NCBI GenBank assembly: GCA_028534125.1
Contig: CM052818.1
Coordinates: 31,312,001 to 31,376,000 of the forward strand
DNA from: Lama glama
Taxonomy: Eukaryota
Direction: 5' to 3'
DNA length: 64,000 nucleotides
Position 1 is the stretch's first letter, and each line of letters starts with the position of its first letter. Below, piece by piece: positions 54,020 to 64,000 of the stretch. The notes under the pieces are model-generated. The model made no database searches. It saw nothing but the letters and a program-made list of their open reading frames with translations, and was not told the origin of the DNA. The position numbers and the translations under genes were made by a program.

Positions 54020-55195
54020 TTTACTGGAGCACACTTTTCTGGGGAATCTGACCAGACCATGAGGAAAGATGAAAATAGAGAAACACTGGGGGTTTCCTAA
54101 TAAAAAGTCCACCTAAGTCACCCTACAGTGAAGCCCAAAGTTCACATAAGCCTCACCTATATGTAATTGGCTTTATAAGCCCCCTATTTTTTTTATTGTG
54201 AGTAGATAACAAGACATCTGAGGAAAGAATTTAACATGACACTAGATACTAAAATAAATAGGAAAAAAGTATACTTGAAAGAAAAACTATTCAGGTAGAA
54301 AAAAACTAACACTTTCAGAAAGACAAGAATAATATGTTATTGGGGAAAAATTTTTTTAAGTAAAATGAAGAAAGGAGACATTCAGAGACTAAAAGGGCTA
54401 TTGGAAGTGTGAAACATAGCAAATGTTTAGTAAAAACATGAGCAAAAATTAAAAACTCAACAGAAGAGTTAGAAAATAAAACTGAGGAAATCCCCCAAAA
54501 AGTCAAGCAGAAGATAAAGAGATGGAAAGTGGAAAGAGTATTAGACAACCAAGACATAGGTCCCACATGCAAATCATACACACTTCAGAAAGTGAGAAAT
54601 TGGAAGGGAGGAAATCAGCAACAGAATAATTCCAAAAAATTCCCAAGAACAGAACATGACAATCCACATTAATGAATCTACTGAAAGCTAGGATAATGGA
54701 GGAAAACAAATGCTCACCAAGGCACATCACTGTAATTTTCAGAATAGAAGAGACAATGGACATTCTACAAAACTTCTGGAGGAGATAAAAACAGGTGACA
54801 TACAAAGCGTCAAAAATTAACACTGGCTTTGGACTTAGCAACAATACCAGAAGCAAGATGAAAACAGAACAAAGCCTATAAAATTCTCAAGAAAATTATC
54901 CCATCCAGTCACTCTATCAATCAAGTGTAAGAATAGTAAAAACACTACTGCAAGGTCTCAGTTGCCTCATACAGTCTTTTTTCAAGAAGCTACTGGAAAA
55001 AGGGCTCCACTAAAACAGTAAAAAAGACTGAGGGAGACTTGAAATTCAGGAAGCAAGAGCTCTAACACACATGAGACGTCAAGGGAACTTCCAAGATGAT
55101 CGTGAAGGGAGCTCGCAGGATGACAGTCATGCACCAAACAGGGAAGGCATCCAGTGTAAACAAATTGGAGGGGGTGGGGGGTACTCAAGAGAAAG
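54020..55195 (+). mobile_element. Ancient L1M/HAL1 ORF1 region
   Basis: A-rich degraded ORF1-like sequence (aaaaactcaacagaagagttagaaaataaaactgaggaaatc; caccaaggcacatcactgtaattttcagaa). Confidence 0.6.
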
Positions 55196-57699
55196 ACTCT
55201 TTGAAAGCTGTATCAACAAAATCCCTGCTGCCAAACAAACCATCTCTTTGAGCCAAGAACAGAACGCGCAGGTGAACCTGGCACAGATACTAATCTGTAC
55301 CTGGCTTCTTGAACATGTGCTGGTAGAATTCCTGTCTCCCTTCCACACCCAATTGACAGATCAGCAGATGACATTCATTTCATCTATCCTAAGTACTCTG
55401 CTTTGACCTACTCCCGAGAGATGGAGGGAAGACGTGCTGAATTTAGAAGCAGAGTCCCGCCAGATGTCTGACTGTGGTGAGCCCTCCCCTGTAGTTTTCC
55501 AGGACTCACTGAATCTGCCTTCCTCCAGAAAGGATCTATCTGGTCAGCCCTCTGAGAAGCTGAGGTCTGACCATCATCCAAAGACTCTGTACTTCTATGA
55601 GCCTTCATCTAATGGCAGCAGTGTTTGATAGATTATTTTTTATTTTTTGAAAACTTGAGAAGTAAGCATAAATATATTGTATAGGGATACATACATAGGT
55701 AAAATTTTAAAGTAAAAGAATGACTAACATAAAAGGATAAGTTATCATGGTGGGGGACACAGGAGGCTTCTAAGGCACTAGTAATATTCTACTTAAGTAT
55801 GGTGGCTATTTATGTTTTCGCCAACAATGACTTTTAGAATAGTCTATCAATGGAAATTTTTACCAGTCTGCACACACACCATGTATCATACATTCTTCTA
55901 ATTACACAGTACATTAGCAACAATAGCAGAAATGGTTTTAGTGATTACCACCCTTGGTAGAAACACGGAAGGAAAATAGCTTTCACCTGTTAATTCATGT
56001 ACTTCTGTATTACTCTCATTTTATAAAAATAAACATATCACTTTACAATGAAAATATTTTAACTATAAAAAATTTAAGAACGTGTTAATTAATCCAGGTT
56101 AGGATTATCTCTCTTTGTTGTAATTCCTAATCAAATACTCTGCCAGAAAAGGTAATCCTTGGGAATCAGTTGAGACAAATATAAGACAAGTCAATAATTT
56201 TTTAAGACTACTCCAACATAAATAATCAACATGTTGATCCTGATTCAAATGACAAAACCAAACAGATAAAATGTGTGAACACTAATGTCAATTACTGCAT
56301 ATATATAATAGTTATTATTGCAAAATGATCACTTTGCAATGAAAATGAAAATGTTTTAACAGACAGCTAAAGTAATCATAGCCTGGTTATTGAGATTATT
56401 CTACAACCTGGAAGAATTTAACTGTTCATTATTTAAATAATTTAAGGCAGATGCTCTTTATGCTCTACTCTTGTAAGCTAGATGAATACTTCACAACCAG
56501 ACACAACTGCACGGATTTAGTTTTTTCACAAACATAAGTGAAATATTTATGAGCTAATTAATTTCTTTTAAATCCACCAAAACATTTTAAAATCCCTGGA
56601 TGTATGTTAATTTGCATGACCTGATTCTGGTGAACATTTCTGTATTTTTCAGAATTTAGTAACATAAATACGTCTGTCTTGCCTGATGAAATGGTGTGCT
56701 GCTTTATTCCCCAATGACAACTGTATTTGTTTTCTTTTCGAGTCTCAAAGGACAGGCTCGTAGCTAAATTTAACATTCACTTTTAAGAACAAAGATTATG
56801 GTTATTATTATCTCGTTCTCCTCTTACAATCCTGTATTTTTATTCTTATTGGCATTATTGCATATGTGTTTTATTGTAAATCACTTTAAATTCTTCTGGG
56901 AAACAGACTATTAATTAAAAATAAATTTAGACAATGTCATCTATAGTGACCTTATCCATCTTTACGTATTTTACTAATTAAAAAAAATCTAAGTCTCTAC
57001 TAAAGCATAGTGTCAGGAAACTACTAGAAATTTGTATTTAAGAATTTATGTTCAATATATTCTGAAGATAAAGAAGTATAGTCCTATAATAAGCAAATCA
57101 CCCAAAGAAACAATAAAAATAAGTCAAGAAGACAGAACTTAAAATACCTTTCCTTATTAATGAAGCACTTATAAGGCAACCAGGGGAATAGGATAATGTA
57201 TAAAGTTTGAAAGGATAACGTATAATGTTTGCTCTGGCACCTGTACCTGTTTAGGAAAACAACAGACAACAGCAGGAAAGGGACAAAAACTAGTTTCATT
57301 CTTCCTGCAGCAGCACAAGAGAACAATACTTCCCCAAATACAAAAAGAAGGTACAAGGTAAGCAGCATTCTAGTTACGGGGCACTTAGAAGAAATAAAAC
57401 CTGTTTACAAATTCTGATAAAGCACAAAGAGCAGAATGTGATCAAACTTCAGATCTAACCAAAATGAAGCAAGAACAACTTTCAACTATTAACTGGATTT
57501 CAGTAAACAAGTCTGTTAACTCCCTGGCGGGGGAGTCCACTCTGAGTTCTTAGAACTGTACAATGACATCTGGGGTTATATAAAATGACACTGCTTATCT
57601 CTATTTCTCTCTTGAAGTTTATGAGAGAAGAAATTATCTGTATAAATATTCACAGAGCTCTACACTCTGATGCAACTCTTTTACTTAAAAATGTATTCA

Positions 57700-58745
57700 A
57701 AAGTTAATACTAAGAAAAGCATAAAGTATAATACTGTATGATTCTATTTAGCCGAAGTTCAAAAACATAGAAACTAATTTATAACATTAGAAGGAGAATG
57801 GTTATCCTGGGATGTGTGGAGCCAGGGCAGTGACTGGAAGGAGAACCAGGAGGCTTTAAGGGTTTTGGAAACACCCTGTTTCTTACTTGGGTGCTAGTTA
57901 CATATGGTGTATTCACTTCATGAAAATTCACTGAGCTGTATACTTGTGTTTTATGCACTTTTCTACATGTATATTTCAACAATATTTACCCCAAAAGTTA
58001 TCATTTTAACTGGATACTTAAGTAATCCAATTTGATGTATGCAGTTTACAGGAAAAAAATACAAATGGTCAAGTCAATGAACATAAAGTTCAACCTCACT
58101 ATTTTCAGCAAAGTGCAAGTTAAAATAATAAAACACCCTTTATTTCTTCTTAAAGACTAGGAAAAATGTTTAAGTCTTGCCTTTGATATTTTAAAAATCA
58201 TTTAGTAGTATGTTTGCCTTCATAACTGGAGGGAATGTAAACTTTAGAAAGCAAACTGATAAGTTGCTATTATAATTTTGAATGCCTACCATCATAAATC
58301 CCTTCTAGTATCTATCCTAGAGAAACACTCAACTCCAAGTATAAAGATGTTTCATTGTAGCATTGTCTGTAACCAAAAAAAACCCAAAAAAACCAGAAAC
58401 ATAAATGTCCATTGATGAGGAAGAACTAAATAAACTGTGGTACATTCAACGTTATTATGAAACACTATGCCAGCAGCTAGAAAGAATGAGGTCAAGCTAT
58501 ATTTTCTAATGTGAACAGCTCTCCAAGAGAATTGCAAAGTGAAAAAGTAGATACCATTTTGGAAGTGGGGAAGGGGAACCACAAAACCCTATGTTATATG
58601 GCTTATATAAGTAAATGTAAATACACATAAGTCTGTCTAGAAGAATACATGCCCATGTTACTATGGTGGCCTCAGTGAAGATGGAAGAGGCTGTGACTAA
58701 GGATGGTGGTCCAAGAGGAACAGACCTTCCTATAATGTTTTTTAA
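57700..58745 (+). mobile_element. Old L1ME 3' fragments (two adjacent pieces)
   Basis: atactgtatgattctattt...gaaaattcactgagctgtatactt...tatgcacttttctacatgtatatttcaac; aaataaactgtggtacattca. Confidence 0.65.
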
Positions 58746-60439
58746 AAAGAGAACATTTCCATATGATACTTAAACAGTAAAAGGAAAGAAGGAAGGAACA
58801 AAGGGAGGGAAGGAAAGAGAAAGGTATAAAGAAGCATAGCCCAAAAAAGTCAGCTTGCTGGTAATGCCAGTTCTTCCATGATCCCATAATCAAAGTAAAA
58901 ATGATTAAATGTTGAGGTAGAAATAACCCATACTGCTTAGCCAAATTACTGTCTGCCATATTTTAAACGCAAAGTAAATTTTTACAGACAACTTAAAAAC
59001 CACTAAAAATATAAACTCAGATAGGAATAATAAAGCACCCTAAGTAATCTAAACCTACCCTGGCATCCCCAAGGATCCTTGGCCTAAAAAAGGTCACTCA
59101 AAACCACCAATCAATTTACTTTATAGCACTTATCTCCATTAACCTGAAGTTTAAGCTCATGTTTTGCTTTTCCCTTCATGAGACACACAGCTAGCCAGTA
59201 AAATGTATAATTAAAGAACTAAGTGATGGAGGTACACAGACTGTCAAAGCAAGCAAGTTTACTGAAACTCTTCTTATATACAAAGTATGAGCCCACAAAT
59301 ATATACACGTATATGCAAGTCTCATAAGGATAAAGTTCAAGCAGAAAAGTTATTTAAAAAGTTACCAAAAATAGAATGTTCATTTCTGACTCTACCATGT
59401 CTACTTTAGTCAAAAGTATACTCTTAAAAAAAGAGAGAAAAAAGAATACCTAAGTTTACCAAATTTTTTCAATCATTTCATTTAAACAGAGAATATGTAC
59501 CAATTAGAGTCATTCCACAGTCATTAAAAACTCATGATATTTGCATTTTCAAACACTAACCAGGTAAGGTCCTACAAAGAATAGTAACAGAGTCTTTGCC
59601 CTCCTAGGGCATATCATCTAGGTGAAGAGAGAACAAATGTGAAAAGGAAGGAGGGAGGGAGGGAAGCAATGTGAGGAAGTATATTATTAAATGCCAAATT
59701 CATGAAAAAATCAGTAAGTGTGACAATCACTGTAAAACCTTAGAAGTTTTACAGTTAATGTAAAACCTTGGAAATCTAGAGCTAGAATTAAGATCACCAA
59801 GAAAGTGAGGAGCAGAAAAGCTGAGGGAACTGACTTGCACTCACAGCGGGACAGCCAGCGATGATGGAACTAGGCTAAGAGTCCCCCATCTCCAGTTACC
59901 AGCTCAGCGTTCTTTCCACTACAGAAGGGATCATAGAGGTCTGAGGCAATCAACTAAAACATGCAGAAGGAATTAAGACGCAAACAAGCCTGGGCCTGGA
60001 GGAAGAGGAGCACTCAAGCTAGAACAAAAAAAGAGAGAAAATGAGGCCAACTTCTTAACACTATTCTTTCTGGTGCACACTGCACAGTGATTGGTTACTC
60101 ATGGGGAAGTTTTTCCAAAGTCTCAGGATTTCTGTTCGGTTCTCTTTCTCTGAAGTTGTTTCAAACAATATGAATTATTAACAGCAAGCATTTTTTTTTA
60201 ATATGAAAATGTCACCAATTTTTTTTCTGCATAAATGGCAAGCATACTCACTACATTTCAACCATTTCCTGTTATTACACAAGGTTTCCTTATAAGATGT
60301 AAATGTTAAAACCACATACACCCACACTAAGCGGAACACTACTACATGAAATCCTTTCAGAAAGACTGGTTAGTATAATCCTATTATACCTCTTACCTGT
60401 TATTCAAGAGACTACCTTCCTGTTCAAATTACTTACTAT

Positions 60440-61015
60440 AGTCCTCAAAATGTTAAATATAGGGTACCATATAACTGAGTAATTCCACTCCTAGATATAT
60501 AGACCTAACTGAAATGAAAATATGTGGCCACACAAAAACATATACAAGAATGTTCAAGGGAGCATTATGAGCATAATTCATAATAGCCAAAAAGTGGAAA
60601 CAACCCAAATGTCCTTCATCTGATAAATAAACAAAAGTAGTATAGACATCAGTGGATATCGTTCAACAAAAAAAAGGAATGAAGTATTTGATACATGCTA
60701 CAACACAGATGGGAACTTATGCTAAGTGAAAGAAGCCAGTCACAAAAGTCCACATATTCTATGATTTCATTTGTCTGATATGTCCAGAATAGGCAAATCT
60801 ACAACAGAGACAGAAAGTAGGTTAGTGACTCACTAGGACTCAAGGCAGGTGGAACAGGAGGTGGCTATTAAAGAGTATAAAGTTTGGGGCTAAAAAAAAA
60901 GTTCTAAAATCAGACAGTGGTGATGGCTGCATAACTCAGAACAGTCTCAAAGCCATTGCCTTGTAGGCTTTAAATGGCTTGATTGTATGGTATATGAATT
61001 ACATCTCAAAACAGT
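60440..61015 (+). mobile_element. L1MB-type 3' fragment
   Basis: aattccactcctagatatata...ggaaacaacccaaatgtcc...atgctaagtgaaagaagccagtcacaaaag...gtatatgaattacatctcaa. Confidence 0.8.
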
Positions 61016-62954
61016 TAATTAGCTGAGAGGTTACCAAGACATGAATCACTAACCAGCCCTACCCTGGAGCTCATGAAATGCTGAAGGAAAAGAGAAATTA
61101 TGATGATAACTGCCACCTCACAAATTAGAAACAAAAACATACACAAGTGAAGCCAAAGAACAAAAGGGACAGAATAAAATCAGAGAACAAAGACCAGACA
61201 GAAATACATCAAAATGTTACCAGTGACTGCCCCTGCATAGTGAGACTATAGTTGATTTTTTTCCCAAATTGTGTACAAAGAGTATTATTCTTACATAATT
61301 AAGAATCCCAACAACACTTATTTCAAACGGAAAAATCAGGAGCCAAGATTTCTTACATTAAGAGACTGGATAGGCTGCATCACTAATAAAACAGTAAAGG
61401 TAGAGTTAACCACTAATGAAAAGTATAAAATGTGAATTTTACAATATTAAAGACATTGGTCCAATGTTTCTCACAGAGCAAAGAGCTGTATTCTGCCATC
61501 AATAATTTTTTTGTAATATAAATTACTGGTATCCTGAAAAGCATAAAATACCACTGTTACAAGGGAACATCTAACACGTGATTTGACTGGACAAGTAATA
61601 AAACGTTTTTCTTCCTGTTTCATATTACAATTCTTCAAAATAAAACAAATTAATCACATTATTTCTAAAATCTAGTTATTTTATTACCTTTAATGAAAGA
61701 CTTAAGTTACAGATTAATACAAACTGAATGCAAAAGCCACCATTTTGTCAAATAAAATAAAGTCAACTATCGTTCATAGTATTTTTTTCCTTTAATAAAA
61801 GCAAAATGAAGAATATACTTAAACTGGTTTTCTTTTTACAATCTATTCTTCATAGAGCAAAGATAGTTTACCCAGAAATGATTCATGGAATGTATTCAAG
61901 GGTTCATAAACCCCCTAAAATTGTAGGATAAGCTGCATTTCATATATATTTTTTTTCCTATAGAGAAGACCCCCCAACTTTTGTAAGTCAAAGAAAGATA
62001 AGATACTACTGCTTTAGAGAAATAGTTGAATGGCAGCCTAAAATGGCCTTCTGTTGCAAGGCTTAACTCTCAAGAAACTATTCTGTGTAATTTTCTTTCA
62101 TGAAACACAAGCATCTAGACAAATGAGGTAGAAACCAAGGATAAATTATATACAATCACTATTCTAGACAAAAACTTTTAAGTTAAGAAAAAAACCAACA
62201 AAGTGTTGTAGGCAAAGGTAGAAATATTACATATCATACTTTATTTGTACTAGACTTTGTCTTAAAAATATTTGAAATGTCTTTGTTATTTAATACCTCA
62301 TAATATGAATCGAATCAAATAATTTTTGATTCAAGGTATTTCAGGTTGAAATTCATTAACTGCTGTTAAACAGCATGGAATTCTGAGTGAATGCTACAAA
62401 TGTACAAAACGTTTTTTTCGGACTTATTCTGAAAGACAACGACTGGATTTTGGTTCATGTGTAAAAGTAAATTTTATACAAATAATAACAGTGTTAATAT
62501 CCGAAAAATCTGCTTTGCTATTAAAACACTACTTCTGCAACCTTTATTCCTCCTAAACTTCCAAAAATTAAAAATGTAAAGTAACTCTAGAACTCTATGT
62601 ATTTTAAGGTGTTTCATGTAGCATATTCTCATCATTAGTAAATAAAAAATAGGTGGAGAAATTAGTAGAAATGCCAATAAAAATATTTCATTTGGTAACA
62701 AAAGTTCATGAAGATTTAAGAATGGCAATTGATAATTATAGGACTTTACAAATTATTTATGGAACTTATAAATGTAACTACTCTACTTGATACACAAAAG
62801 GAGGTAGTTTTTAGAATAGTATTAAAATTGAGCCCCCTAAAATCAAATTTCCCTAAAGAGTTTATAATTATTCTCTTTATCCAAAATCTCTCTATTCCCT
62901 TGCTTGTCTCCTCTGACCTCAATCCCTTTCCTGTCCCCTCTGATCTCAATCTGG

Positions 62955-63371
62955 TGCTAACTGAGCACTAATCAACCAGAGTAGTGTGATTAAAACTGCT
63001 ATTGTCGATAACATCATTAATGTACCAAAATTGCTACTGTAGATATCACCCTTAACTCACAAACTCAGGTAATTTCTCCAGGACTAGATGAACTCATAGA
63101 CATGGACCACCTGGCCAGAGAATTGTACACCAGAGACATCCTGACTCCCAACACCACAATTAAGAAATGTCACAGAAATGTCACAAGATGATGACTAATC
63201 CCAGTTTCTTTGTCCATCCCCTTTAAAACATTCCTAACTCAAAGATCAAATGGATTTGAGACTATCTCCCACTCCCTTGCCCTGCAAATAAACCCTCACT
63301 TTGCTACAAACAACTGCTGTTAAAAGTTGGCTTTCTACACCAAGGGCACAGGAGGCCTCTGCTCAGTTATA
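62955..63371 (+). mobile_element. ERV1-like solo LTR (~417 bp)
   Basis: Terminal inverted 10-mers taactgagca (62958-62967) / tgctcagtta (63360-63369). TATA-like ctttaaaa at ~63220, AATAAA at ~63287, U5-like ttggctttct. Confidence 0.65.
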
Positions 63372-63924
63372 TAATGCATTAAATATTATGAAAGACATCT
63401 CTGAAAACTCAATTTAAAAAGCCACACTGCCTACAAAATCACCTATCATGGAAAGTCAGAGTTGAAAGGGGCTTTAGAAATATTTCAGTCCACTGGCCTG
63501 CAAACCTATTCGAACATCTCATTCAAGGGTCTCACCAAGAAGTCTCACATATAAAACAAAAGCATAGGAAAGCTCTAATTAAGAGCTGGCCCCACCCTCA
63601 GACCCAATGCCTCACCTTAGCCTGGAGCTCTCTTTCCTAAGAAAGAACATCATTTGAAACCAGCCCCAGGCAAACCCTTCATATTCCAGATGAGGCAACA
63701 GAGATCCAAACTTACTTAGACTGCCTGGTGGTTTTGTTTAGTCCTCGGATGAGCGTCACATAAATTTAGTCACAAACTTACATAATTTCTGAGATAGAAG
63801 GGTAGACCTGGCTAGGATGCCTCACCTTCAGTCTCGTCTCCCTCTAGTTTATTCCACCTCTCTTTTCAGAGGCTGTTAAGGGACATGGGAGAGAAAGGCT
63901 GTACAAAGTATTTTACACACAACA

Positions 63925-64000
63925 TTCCTAATCTCACAACTCTGAAAGGGAGATAAAAGTATACCCATTTTACAGCTGAAGAAAGTGACCTCAAAAGCAT
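63925..64000 (-). mobile_element. MIR fragment (runs off the edge)
   Basis: ctcacaactctgaaagg...cccattttacagctgaagaaagtga. Confidence 0.6.

Noticed and set aside
1..64000. CRISPR arrays, operons, defence systems, CpG-island promoter, snoRNA/miRNA genes
   Set aside because: The sequence is CpG-depleted mammalian intron. I saw no regularly spaced repeat-spacer array, CpG island or recognisable ncRNA by eye. An Rfam scan would be needed to exclude small RNAs.

Overview
This is AT-rich mammalian genomic DNA lying inside one minus-strand gene, LCLAT1 (lysocardiolipin acyltransferase 1, also ALCAT1/AGPAT8). Four coding exons are visible: 48117-48281 (ATG exon), 41339-41537, 19421-19567 and 14164-14280. 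All have canonical GT-AG sites and compatible phases. Spliced, they give 628 nt (209 codons + 1 nt) of intact CDS with the acyltransferase motifs NHRTRTD, FIHRKW, FPEGTD and LHPRTTG. The upstream exon(s) lie beyond the right edge and the rest of the CDS beyond the left edge. The remainder is intron filled with interspersed repeats: a near-full-length degraded L1 in gene-sense orientation, a 5'-inverted (twin-primed) L1 nested in an older L1, old L1M, L2 and MIR fragments, MaLR/ERVL/ERV1 solo LTRs, hAT and Tigger MITEs, and two tRNA-derived SINEs that suggest a camelid. Repeat subfamily names and most repeat boundaries are from recognition by eye and are approximate. I found no evidence of a novel multi-gene system. 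The findings are modest: retrotransposition footprints, candidate cryptic exons, palindromes and one unexplained GC-richer insert.
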